Positions 49,101 through 58,026 of a DNA stretch of 64,000 bases are shown here, one piece after another. The stretch lies in IMG/VR virus record IMGVR_UViG_3300021599_001992, positions 1 to 64,000 of that record. The stretch is one strand, 5' to 3'. Below the pieces are notes generated by a model that was given only the letters and a program-made list of their open reading frames with translations, did no database searches and was not told the origin of the DNA. Every line of letters begins with the position of its first letter. Position 1 is the first letter of the stretch. This DNA comes from a virus. Both the position numbers and the translations under genes were made by a program.

Positions 49101-51918
49101 ACAAATAGTGAATGGATATAATCATTACGAAGTGTTGTCGGGTGCAACTTCATACACAGGTAACACAGTAAATGGTTCAATTATTCATAATATTAGATTT
49201 GGAACATTAAATGAATTAAGATATTGGACGGTATTAACTGACAATGAAAAATTTGGGACTGATAAATCGTATACACTTCTACCATGTGATGGTGGAAATG
49301 AATATATAGATTTAAAAAATACACCAAATTTAATGAACAATGCAGATACCTTAGATAGAGGTAAACAAATATACTATAGAACAATATGGTCCGATAATGA
49401 TTATATTAATAATGATTTTAGTGGTAAAACATTCTCTTCTTATTCGGAATATCAAAGAGGATTTGTTGGTAGCGGCGCAACTACTGATGATAGATTTGAA
49501 ATGACAAAAAATTATAGAAAAATCTATGATCTAATTGCAACATTTAGTCCTAAAATATTAGATGAGTTTGAATCGATGTTTTTGGAATTCTCGTCTGCAA
49601 AAACACAACAAAATTTACAAATAATTGATTTTAACAGAGTACAATATTATAAATTTCAAGATTTATTAAAAGCAATTAGTAACATAGAAAAAAAATCCGA
49701 TGATAGTAATCTAACATTATCTGAACTATTTACAGAACTAAGAAATAGACAAAATCTTAAACTCGAATATATCACCAAAAAAATATTATCAAATGATAAT
49801 TTAATAAAATTAACAATTGGTAACTCTAAAGAATACGATACACATGTTTTACATGGATTTACAAAAATATCAAATACAGGTAGATTTGTGACAGGTGATT
49901 TTACGACATCACAATTAAATACACAAACACAAAATTTAATTAAATTATATGTAGGAGAAAATCCTGAATCATTATTAGCAACGAATTTATATGAAAACTT
50001 TTTCTTAACAAATAACATTGAAGTAAATGAACAAAATATATTAACATTTAGACCGTTAATTTATTTGTATTCAGGATTTGTCAACAAAAAAATTGAAGAA
50101 TTAGGATCGTACACACCAACTAATGATGATTTCATAAATTACTTAAAGACAAATATTTTTGAAAAAAATTATAACGACAATCCATTTGATAGCAAAGGGT
50201 TTAATCAGAAAATAGATTTATACTTCTCAACTCTAACAAATAACTTTAAAAAACTAAGAGAAAAAAGAGAAGAGGATTTAACAATACTTGGTGGATATAA
50301 TAACGATCCATTAAAAATTGAATTATATAATACGTTTAAATCGTTCAATGATAAGTGGATTGCCGGTAACTCTATTGGACAAAGAGTGTTGTTAGATGAA
50401 TTTCTATTTTTAGATAGAGCAAATAGAGACATTGGAGACAGATATTATTTCAATTTAGATAGGATCGCACAATTAGACGATAAAAAAAATAAAAAACAAA
50501 GTCTTTACGGGTTAATATCAATTCTTTTAGATAAAACAGGATTTGATATGAGACCATTACCTGCATATGTTAATTTTTACGGAACTAATTTTTCATCTAA
50601 ACCAAAATTAACACCATCTAAAAAAGTTGCGGAAAACATATTCGGTACATTTTTAGATGTTGATTATCAAGAATCGTCACCTAAAATTATTATTCAATAT
50701 ATTGGTAACACATCTAAGAGACCTGATATGTCGAGTGAAAAATATAATTTTACTGATGATAGTTTTAACATTGCGAATACAAATAACAATCCTATTTTAA
50801 TCACAACACCAGAAGTTTTTAGAATTGGTGAACTATCCAAATCAAACAAAGCGGTTGCGTTTGAAATAAGTTTTGGAGATCAAAATCAAAGTATATTCAA
50901 AACCATTCAACTCGATCAACAATCAATTAAAAATACATCTGAATCCTTTGCGGTTTTAGAAAATTTAGGTAGATCTGAAAGTGGTGCAGGTGCATATAAT
51001 GTAGACGTAAGTTTATATGATTATTATAAAACGGCATCATATAGTTGTTCAGTTACATGTATGGGGAATGTAATGATACAACCGACTATGTTCTTCTATT
51101 TAAAAAATGTACCCATGTTCAGAGGTACATATTGGATTACTGAAGTTTCACATAATATAAAAAATAATAATATAGTAACTTCTTTTAAAGGTACAAGAAT
51201 TCCATATACTAATTTACCCGACCCAAAAGATTCATTCTTATCAAGTTATAGAGTATTCTTTGATAAGTTAATGAAAAAAGCGGTAAGTAGAGTGGATGCA
51301 AATAGTAAAACAAATACATCGACAACAAAAAACATAACAGTAGACGGAATAAACTACTCTGTGGATATTATTAAACAATTACCAAATGAAAATTTTGTAT
51401 CGGCATCTTCTTTAACAAGTTACGGTATTCCATTTAATGGATTCAATAACGAGAGATACATTCAAATGGTTAACCATGATGGTAAGGATTGGTTGAGAGC
51501 TGCGGTTGTGATGATGGGAGGTTCAAATTATTCTATTTCACCAAATACGCACATGTCATTGATTGATAAATTATCAGAAACCACACCATTTACTATAATA
51601 AAACCCAAAGAATTATTATGGAAAGACATACAAAATTCGGGTCAATTATTTTATTCAAGTAAATTTAAATTAGGTGGTGCGGTTACGGCTAATAGTATTT
51701 TACAATTAAAAACACTATTTTATAATCCACAAACAAAAGGACCGATATACACACTCGAATCTGATTTTCAACTTGATGAAGATGCTGGACCAAGAAGATT
51801 TAAAGGACCTATCGATGTCGGACCAACAGGAATATATGGAATTGCAATGTCAAAAGAATTAATGAAAGAATTGAATATAGATAAAGAGGGTGATATTATA
51901 TATTTCAGACTTGAGTAG
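46108..51918 (+). CDS. Very large baseplate hub protein (gp27/gpD-like)
   Basis: FGI..I.V..I.F.DVRG..LF and SYSC.V..MGN.MIQP...F.L...PMF.G.Y.I..VSH.I. Confidence 0.6.
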   Translation: MDRIDNKNEEILIKVDQNNLIYIDPNSVVDETGLVYPRNLNQEKLVMYANLEADIVPRSNLVAGNDKNTLTSIAKGTLNFLKNQEGEDYDTNWTDSYSEYREKTKKVDGKIVSTGEFYQSDTTGQSFGIDTIKVDIKGANSIPQVQINFIDVRGKTLFESPENSPYRAFFHVPWPIFYLTLKGYFGKAIRYRLHLVKFTSKFNESNGNFEVQTTFVGSTYAYLSDITLQGILNAPYMYIKDTISDKIFNPNTQLYDQKASKSSKGYSILKSVYSEYKAKGLLNENFPVKTLRELVLNAQSLDKILEQEIFGKYVDMSIFAALKKFETDIINFEKSVKAWGGKNLDRKTGLSLGNSTDEESKVFYPLKENKNSLDLVTGDTKNGALEQLIVSYTTKLSESNLLASNILNKTSSVFSKGSMKLNTKIQKIGDYYKTTDNGAVYVGINLLVNDIRDVNKSFNEQKEKLETDVESKMNEIVKDPSKGIGFEPTVRNIFAVILANTDTYIRLHKDVHQRAIDVGNERKKIIKSFTDETPGEPIYPWPEIKKNADKSKQKVIAYPGETSLKDKLKSYDSKLWPEVEFVENFVSVATQKDDPSSEESNSGVNFIFETDLDKTKIGSINTLLSLSKIIPYVDKTQAGFLYEMWERSFNTLMFESYNNEIIKRLANIEYESIQESIKEDQDLIKLLIKKSRSLSDLKNVLKEIAPIQKYLYYEDQLPSTQYIQELIENPYNIEQYEPKPQSTKLNDDYDRLSKELENFSVENYRQHMFPFNATNYLKYVNDPQFTKKENRYNFNNYFSVNLSQGFISGIIDPNLWVNGNYFKQNIFGRGLTIDDTFINILNTPYFHNQLYSDFKSNTNITGKYAGSAYLLLNSLPFVDLETKFDHTLSNGKKIENLTVSHVFRELSASHYIPYHLMLKWGSIYHRYKKYIKEGIDILGEHIPTQRTGFIDSSNNVIPVDADLLFNNYGTETFSISGYSVNNTSKDVGIYPFYQSVYSQIVNGYNHYEVLSGATSYTGNTVNGSIIHNIRFGTLNELRYWTVLTDNEKFGTDKSYTLLPCDGGNEYIDLKNTPNLMNNADTLDRGKQIYYRTIWSDNDYINNDFSGKTFSSYSEYQRGFVGSGATTDDRFEMTKNYRKIYDLIATFSPKILDEFESMFLEFSSAKTQQNLQIIDFNRVQYYKFQDLLKAISNIEKKSDDSNLTLSELFTELRNRQNLKLEYITKKILSNDNLIKLTIGNSKEYDTHVLHGFTKISNTGRFVTGDFTTSQLNTQTQNLIKLYVGENPESLLATNLYENFFLTNNIEVNEQNILTFRPLIYLYSGFVNKKIEELGSYTPTNDDFINYLKTNIFEKNYNDNPFDSKGFNQKIDLYFSTLTNNFKKLREKREEDLTILGGYNNDPLKIELYNTFKSFNDKWIAGNSIGQRVLLDEFLFLDRANRDIGDRYYFNLDRIAQLDDKKNKKQSLYGLISILLDKTGFDMRPLPAYVNFYGTNFSSKPKLTPSKKVAENIFGTFLDVDYQESSPKIIIQYIGNTSKRPDMSSEKYNFTDDSFNIANTNNNPILITTPEVFRIGELSKSNKAVAFEISFGDQNQSIFKTIQLDQQSIKNTSESFAVLENLGRSESGAGAYNVDVSLYDYYKTASYSCSVTCMGNVMIQPTMFFYLKNVPMFRGTYWITEVSHNIKNNNIVTSFKGTRIPYTNLPDPKDSFLSSYRVFFDKLMKKAVSRVDANSKTNTSTTKNITVDGINYSVDIIKQLPNENFVSASSLTSYGIPFNGFNNERYIQMVNHDGKDWLRAAVVMMGGSNYSISPNTHMSLIDKLSETTPFTIIKPKELLWKDIQNSGQLFYSSKFKLGGAVTANSILQLKTLFYNPQTKGPIYTLESDFQLDEDAGPRRFKGPIDVGPTGIYGIAMSKELMKELNIDKEGDIIYFRLE

Positions 51919-51956
51919 AAAAATACATTTATTTAGATATTTATTATAAAAAAACT

Positions 51957-52160
51957 ATGAGTAACTTAAATATACATAATTCTTTGGATCAATTTTTAAA
52001 TCCTAAGAAATATAAGGTTATTTCTAATGACAGTATGTCTCAAGAAGTTTGTGATTTACAAACAGGTGAATGTTATGTTATTAGATCTAAAGATGGTATA
52101 GTGGAAAGAATAAATAAAAAATATATTACCGAAGACGGTAGACAACCTTTACAAGATTAA
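51957..52160 (+). CDS. Small hypothetical late protein
   Basis: CDLQTGEC and ITEDGRQ motifs; late motif upstream. Confidence 0.65.
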   Translation: MSNLNIHNSLDQFLNPKKYKVISNDSMSQEVCDLQTGECYVIRSKDGIVERINKKYITEDGRQPLQD

Positions 52161-52164
52161 TACT

Positions 52165-52815
52165 ATGAGCTTAGAAAAAAAATTACACGAAGAATTACAG
52201 CGTTATAAGGAAATTAACAACTACACTAAGAAATTAGTAGTAGAACAAGACGCACCTCCTCCCCCTCCCCCTGTTGGTGGTGAACCAACAGACGCAGCGG
52301 CGGATACCGGAGGATTAGATACACCCCCACCACCACCTCCATCTGGTGGAATGGATACCCCTCCATCATCTTTAGGTGAAACCACACCTTCAGATACCGA
52401 AGAAATAGATATTACTGATTTAGTTAATATGACTAAAAGTATTAAAAAGGATATCGAAGATAATAAACAAGAACACGGAACTGTTTTAAGTCAGATGGAT
52501 GCGGTGTTTTCTAAATTAGATGATTTAGAAGCTAAATTGGGTCAAATGGATTCAGTTATAGCTAAAATAGACGAATTGGGATCTAAGGTTCAAGATATGA
52601 AACCTCATACACCACAAGAAAAACTTGAATTGAGATCATTGGATTCTTATCCATTTAACCAAAAACCTCAAGAATTTTTTGCACAAAAGCAAGGCGAAAT
52701 GCAAATGACCGGTAAAAATGAATACGTATTAACAAAAGATGATGTTGAAAACTATTCAAAAACCATAACACAAACATTTAATCCCGAATTAGAAAAAGAT
52801 GAATTTAAATTCTAA
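52165..52815 (+). CDS. Pro-rich, acidic coiled-coil protein (scaffold/head-like)
   Basis: Poly-Pro tracts, coiled coil, TPQEKLELRSLDSYPF. Confidence 0.6.
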   Translation: MSLEKKLHEELQRYKEINNYTKKLVVEQDAPPPPPPVGGEPTDAAADTGGLDTPPPPPPSGGMDTPPSSLGETTPSDTEEIDITDLVNMTKSIKKDIEDNKQEHGTVLSQMDAVFSKLDDLEAKLGQMDSVIAKIDELGSKVQDMKPHTPQEKLELRSLDSYPFNQKPQEFFAQKQGEMQMTGKNEYVLTKDDVENYSKTITQTFNPELEKDEFKF

Positions 52816-53170
52816 CGTAAATTTACTATTAGGGTTACACGCTCAATTAAAAGTATTTCATTGGCAAACTAAAGGTTTTGCGAGACATGAAGCATTTGCA
52901 GATATTAGATCAACTATTGAAGATTTAATGGATGAATTTATTGAACAAGCTATGGGTCAATACGGAAGATTTGTTTTGGATGATGAAACAAAAGTTATAA
53001 ACTTAATTAACTTATCCGAGGCTAAACCATCTCAAATGGCTGAAACCATATGTGGTGCTTTAGTTCAATTAACAGATCAAATAGATCCTAAGGATACCAA
53101 TCTTTTAAATTTAAGAGATGAGTTATTAGGTGCAGTTCAAAAATTAAAATATCTATTAACCTTAGAGTAA
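52799..53170 (+). CDS. Ferritin/Dps-like four-helix protein (DUF5856-like)
   Basis: HWQT...HEAF..D.FIE and LNLRDEL.....KYLL. Confidence 0.7.
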   Translation: MNLNSNVNLLLGLHAQLKVFHWQTKGFARHEAFADIRSTIEDLMDEFIEQAMGQYGRFVLDDETKVINLINLSEAKPSQMAETICGALVQLTDQIDPKDTNLLNLRDELLGAVQKLKYLLTLE

Positions 53171-53191
53171 AAATATTTTTAAAAAATTTGT

Positions 53192-53220
53192 AACCCGGAA
53201 TTTTCTTTCCGGGTTTTTTT
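53192..53220 (+). terminator. Rho-independent terminator
   Basis: AACCCGGAA-N6-TTCCGGGTT followed by a T run. Confidence 0.85.
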
Positions 53221-53266
53221 ATGTATATTATATCTATAACTTATTATTAATTTAAATTTCAATTTT

Positions 53267-54112
53267 ATGTCAACATTTGATGCAGTACTTGCACAGTACG
53301 AGAAAAACAAACAATCCGCAAGCGGTAACGGAAACAAAGTTTCGCAAGAAGACAGAATGAAAAAGTATTTCACTACTGTTCTTCCTAAAGGTTCTAAAGG
53401 TGAAGAAAGACGAATTCGTATTCTTCCTACTACAGATGGTTCCTCACCATTTAAAGAGGTTTATTTCCATGAAATTCAAGTGGACGGTAAATGGGTAAAA
53501 TTATATGACCCAAAACAAGAAGGAAAACGTTCACCATTGAACGAGGTTAAAGAAAGTCTTGAAATGACAGGAGTTCAGTCAGATAAAGAACTCGCTCGTC
53601 AATATCGTTCTCGTAAATTTTACATTGTAAAAGTGATTGATCGTGATCACGAACAAGATGGAGTTAAATTTTGGAGATTTAAACATAATGCAAAACAAGA
53701 CGGTGTTTTGGATAAAATTTTTCCAATCTTTCAAAAGAAAGGGGATATTACGGATCCAACAAAAGGTCGTGATTTAACATTATTTTTAACTCTTACAAAA
53801 TCAGGAACAGGTAAAGAGTATACTACAATCAATTCAATTATTCCTGAAGATTCTTCACCATTACATGAAGACAAATCAACTTCAGATTCATGGTTAAATG
53901 ATGAATTGGTTTGGTCTGATGTATATTCTAAAAAACCCGAAGAGTATCTTGATATGGTAGCAAAAGGTGAAGTTCCTCGTTGGGATTCAGATAGTAAAAA
54001 ATGGGTCTCTAATTCACAATCAGAGGAGACTATGGGAAACACAACAGTAAAGACGACAACAATTGAAGATCCACAAGAAGATTCAGAAGTTGATGACGAT
54101 TTACCGTTCTAA
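53267..54112 (+). CDS. Single-stranded DNA-binding protein, gp32-like
   Basis: IRILP..PF..FH, DITDP..GRD, acidic tail ending DDDLPF. Confidence 0.8.
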   Translation: MSTFDAVLAQYEKNKQSASGNGNKVSQEDRMKKYFTTVLPKGSKGEERRIRILPTTDGSSPFKEVYFHEIQVDGKWVKLYDPKQEGKRSPLNEVKESLEMTGVQSDKELARQYRSRKFYIVKVIDRDHEQDGVKFWRFKHNAKQDGVLDKIFPIFQKKGDITDPTKGRDLTLFLTLTKSGTGKEYTTINSIIPEDSSPLHEDKSTSDSWLNDELVWSDVYSKKPEEYLDMVAKGEVPRWDSDSKKWVSNSQSEETMGNTTVKTTTIEDPQEDSEVDDDLPF

Positions 54113-54118
54113 TTAATC

Positions 54119-54159
54119 AAGGACACTTTCAAGGACATATTGTCTTCGAGAGTGTCCTT
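54119..54159 (+). other. Long intergenic RNA hairpin between ssb and uvsX
   Basis: AAGGACACT-TTC-A-AGGACA-TAT-TGTCTT-C-GAG-AGTGTCCTT; about 18 bp stem. Confidence 0.7.
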
Positions 54160-54173
54160 TAAATTTTAAAAAT

Positions 54174-55148
54174 ATGGCAATTAAGAAAAACGATTTTAGT
54201 TCAATAAAGAAAAAATTTTCAAAGGAGGCGGAGTATAAACCTGATCGTTTCTTTGATTTAGGTGATGCGTTTTTGGACGCAACAGGTATACCGGGTCCCG
54301 CTGTTGGACATTTAAATATGTTTTTGGGGCATAGTGATACAGGTAAAACTACTGCACTTGTAAAGGCGGCAGTAGACGCACAAAAAAAAGGTATTTTACC
54401 CGTGTTCATTATTACTGAACAAAAATGGAATTGGGACCACGCAGTTTTAATGGGTTTCAATAAGGAAGACGATTTCTATCTATTCAATAGTGATTTTGAA
54501 TATATTGAACAGATTACAGATTTTATTAATGAAGTATTGGATGCACAAGAAAAAGGTGAAATCCCACACGACATTCTTTTCTTATGGGATTCAGTTGGTT
54601 CTGTTCCTTGTAAGATGACATATGACGGCAAAGGTGGTAAACAACACAACGCATCTGTATTAGCTGATAAAATAGGTATGGGTCTAAACCAAAGAATCTC
54701 TGGTTCAAGACGTGTCGATAAAAAACATACAAACACATTGATCATTGTTAACCAACCTTGGGTAGAATTACCTGATAATCCTTTTGGACAACCAAAGATT
54801 AAGGCAAAAGGTGGAGAGGCAATTTGGTTAAACTCAACTCTTGTATTTTTATTCGGTAATCAAAAGGGTGCAGGAACAACAAAAATCTCAATCACGAAAG
54901 ATAAGAGAAAAGTCAAGATTGCAACAAGAACAAAAATTTCAATAATGAAAAACCACGTAAATGGTTTGGGTTATGAAGATGGAAGAATTCTTGTTACAGC
55001 ACATGACTTTATGAAAGGTAGAGATGATGTTGAAGAAAAGAAAAGCATTGAACTTTACAAATCAGAACACGGAGATTATATTAGTAAAATGTTAGGCGTT
55101 AATGTTACAGACGCAGAAGATATTGAAGTTGTAACTGAGGATGAATAA
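54174..55148 (+). CDS. uvsX: RecA/UvsX-like recombinase
   Basis: Walker A GHSDTGKT, Walker B FLWDS, IIVNQ, KGGEA, KNHV. Confidence 0.85.
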   Translation: MAIKKNDFSSIKKKFSKEAEYKPDRFFDLGDAFLDATGIPGPAVGHLNMFLGHSDTGKTTALVKAAVDAQKKGILPVFIITEQKWNWDHAVLMGFNKEDDFYLFNSDFEYIEQITDFINEVLDAQEKGEIPHDILFLWDSVGSVPCKMTYDGKGGKQHNASVLADKIGMGLNQRISGSRRVDKKHTNTLIIVNQPWVELPDNPFGQPKIKAKGGEAIWLNSTLVFLFGNQKGAGTTKISITKDKRKVKIATRTKISIMKNHVNGLGYEDGRILVTAHDFMKGRDDVEEKKSIELYKSEHGDYISKMLGVNVTDAEDIEVVTEDE

Positions 55149-55164
55149 TTTATAATAAACATTA

Positions 55165-56184
55165 ATGTCCGTTTTATTAGTTGATGGAGATAATTTACTT
55201 ACGATTGGTTTCTATGGTCTCAAAAACCATTTTTACAAGGGAAAACATATTGGAGCAATATATCATTTTATTAATACTCTTCGTAGAGCGTTTGAGACAT
55301 ACCATTTAGATAAAATAGTTGTTTTTTGGGATGGAGAAGAAGGTTCTCAAACAAGGAAACAAATCTATCATCTATATAAAGAAAATAGAAGATCTCGTTT
55401 AAGAACTGAAGAAGAAGTTAATTCATATCAGTATCAAAGACAAAGAGTAAAACAGTACTTAGAAGAACTATTTGTTAGACAAGGTGAGTTTCAATATTGT
55501 GAAACGGACGATTGTATTGCTTATTATGTACAAAATTCATTATCAGAATACAAAATAATATATTCTGCGGACGGAGACCTTACTCAATTGGTTTCTGAAT
55601 CAACACAAATATTCAATCCAAGTCATCAAAAATTATATAAACATCATGATAAAATTATGTATGATCATGAAGAAATATGTATTGAGAATGTGAAGATTGT
55701 TAAGATGTTGTGTGGTGACCCATCTGATAATATTTCAGGAATAAAAAACATGGGTATCAAGAGATTAATATCATTGTTTCCTGAAATAAAAGATAAACCA
55801 ATTAGTTTAAATGATATAAAAGAAAAAACTAATATATTATTTGAACAGGATAAAAATAATTGGTTGATTAAAAATTTACTTACGGGTGTAACTAAACACG
55901 GAGTATTTGGAGATGAATTCTTTTATGTAAACAATAAGATTGTAAGTTTAGATGAACCATTTTTAACTGATGATGCTAAAGAAAATATACATGCATTGAT
56001 TAATGACAACTTAGATCAAGAAGGGAGGTCATATAAAAACGCAATGAAAATGATGAGTGAAGACGGGTTATTTCAAATACTACCCAAATCAGATGACGCA
56101 TTTATAAATTTTTTTAATCCATTTTTAAGATTAACAAGAAAAGAAAAAAATAAAAAACCAATTAAAATCAAAAACAATGACTAA
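55165..56184 (+). CDS. 5'-3' exonuclease / flap endonuclease (T4 RNase H-like)
   Basis: LLVDG, YKENR, ETDDCIA, SADGDL.QL, GD.SDNI.G. Confidence 0.9.
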   Translation: MSVLLVDGDNLLTIGFYGLKNHFYKGKHIGAIYHFINTLRRAFETYHLDKIVVFWDGEEGSQTRKQIYHLYKENRRSRLRTEEEVNSYQYQRQRVKQYLEELFVRQGEFQYCETDDCIAYYVQNSLSEYKIIYSADGDLTQLVSESTQIFNPSHQKLYKHHDKIMYDHEEICIENVKIVKMLCGDPSDNISGIKNMGIKRLISLFPEIKDKPISLNDIKEKTNILFEQDKNNWLIKNLLTGVTKHGVFGDEFFYVNNKIVSLDEPFLTDDAKENIHALINDNLDQEGRSYKNAMKMMSEDGLFQILPKSDDAFINFFNPFLRLTRKEKNKKPIKIKNND

Positions 56185-56623
56185 TCAAGAAAACGTAACA
56201 AAATTCGAATTTTTACTGACACTCGAAAACAACATTGTGTGTCAAAGATTCTTTAATGTTAAAGACCACGAACCTCGTTCAAGACGATCTATGGATCTTC
56301 ACTATTATGTAAAAAATATTTGTGAAGAAATTTCGGAAGATTTGAAAATAAAAAGTTCCAATTACCTATGTGAAAATCAAAATTTTTTCCTAAATTCTGA
56401 AGTTGTGGAAGAATCAAAAGCAACTGAAAAAGAACATTTTTTATTGGAAATTAAGCTTGGTGACGACGTATTTATTCAAAGAATATTCCCCGCGTATTAT
56501 TACCACCCAAAGGTTAGGTACACGGTAGATATTCGTCCAAAACTGAAGAGAGTACTGTCAGATTTGACTGACATTTTATCATCTGAGGAATTGGAGACAA
56601 GTTATTTGCAATACGAACTGTAA
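56177..56623 (+). CDS. Hypothetical protein in the replication operon
   Basis: IVCQRFFNV and KVRYTVDIRP motifs; coupled overlap. Confidence 0.65.
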   Translation: MTNQENVTKFEFLLTLENNIVCQRFFNVKDHEPRSRRSMDLHYYVKNICEEISEDLKIKSSNYLCENQNFFLNSEVVEESKATEKEHFLLEIKLGDDVFIQRIFPAYYYHPKVRYTVDIRPKLKRVLSDLTDILSSEELETSYLQYEL

Positions 56624-56641
56624 AATATATATAAATTTATT

Positions 56642-58009
56642 ATGGAAGAAAAGAATTTTGGTTACTTAGGATTATCATTTCAACAATCGTTAATTAAATC
56701 TATCGTAGAAGATAAGAAATACGGCGAAACTATTATAGACGTATTAGATAGTAAGTATTTTGATAATGTATCCTTAAGATTCATAATGGAAAATATTAAG
56801 GAATTGTATAGAACATATAATTTTATTCCTGATTACAGTACCATTACACAAAAAATTATCGCAGAAGGTGGTAATAATAGAATTCATACTGATACATTAG
56901 ATGTAATTAGAAAAGATGAAAAAGAGGTTCCATACGTAAAAGACACTGCTTTAAATTTTTGTAAACAACAAAATCTGAAAAGGGAACTTAAGATTGTTGA
57001 AAATATCATTCAGAATGGTGAGTTTGAATCTTATAGTAAGATAGAAGAAATCATAAAAAAGGCGTTACAAGTTGGAATTACAAACGAAGAGGCAGTTGAT
57101 GTTTTCCATAATATTGATGAGGCTCTTGAAAAAGACAATAGACATCCCATTCCTACAGGAATTGTAGGTGTTGACAATTTATTGAATGGTGGATTAGGAA
57201 GAGGTGAATTGGGTGTTGTTTTGGCTCCAACAGGCACAGGTAAAACAACCTTGTTAACAAAATTTGCCAATACTGCTTTTAATCACGATTTCAATGTTGT
57301 ACAAATATTTTTTGAAGACAACCCAGGTAATATAAAAAGAAAACACTACACCATATGGTCAGGTGTTGCTCCAGATTTACAACCTGAATTCAAAGAGGAT
57401 GTAAAATCAAAAGTAGACGATGCACAAACAAGATCTAAAGGGTCAATCAAATTATTAAAATTACCATCTGATAATATTACTATTTCAGAAATAAAAAGTA
57501 GATTGAGAAAATTGATCAGTGATGGTTTTAAAGTTGATTTATTGATCATAGACTATGTGGATTGTATATCACCTGAAAGAACCGCATTAGGTGAAGAATG
57601 GAAGGGAGAAGGGTCTATCATGAGAAGTTTAGAGTCTATGACTGGTGAGTTCGATATTGCTATTTGGACAGCAACACAAGGTAATAGAGAATCAATATCA
57701 TCTGAAGTTGTAAATAGTGACCAGATGGGAGGATCAATTAAAAAGGCACAAATTGCACACGTAATACTTTCTATAGCTAAAACATTAGAACAAAAAGAAA
57801 ATAATTTGGCAACTTTAACACTTCTTAAATCTCGTATAGGTAGAGATGGTGTAATATTCCAAAATTGTAAATTCAACAATGAACTATTGGTAATTGATAC
57901 CGATTCACAAAATACTCTTCTCGGATTTGAGCAAGAGCAAGTTCAGAAAAGATCAAATAGAGCGGCAGAAGTCTATAGAAACAGACAACAAAGAGTTAAT
58001 AATAATTAA
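56642..58009 (+). CDS. Replicative DnaB / gp41-type helicase
   Basis: PTG...D..L.GG, APTGTGKT, IIDYVD, WTATQ.NR, KSR.G. Confidence 0.92.
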   Translation: MEEKNFGYLGLSFQQSLIKSIVEDKKYGETIIDVLDSKYFDNVSLRFIMENIKELYRTYNFIPDYSTITQKIIAEGGNNRIHTDTLDVIRKDEKEVPYVKDTALNFCKQQNLKRELKIVENIIQNGEFESYSKIEEIIKKALQVGITNEEAVDVFHNIDEALEKDNRHPIPTGIVGVDNLLNGGLGRGELGVVLAPTGTGKTTLLTKFANTAFNHDFNVVQIFFEDNPGNIKRKHYTIWSGVAPDLQPEFKEDVKSKVDDAQTRSKGSIKLLKLPSDNITISEIKSRLRKLISDGFKVDLLIIDYVDCISPERTALGEEWKGEGSIMRSLESMTGEFDIAIWTATQGNRESISSEVVNSDQMGGSIKKAQIAHVILSIAKTLEQKENNLATLTLLKSRIGRDGVIFQNCKFNNELLVIDTDSQNTLLGFEQEQVQKRSNRAAEVYRNRQQRVNNN

Positions 58010-58026
58010 AAAATAAAATAAACAAA

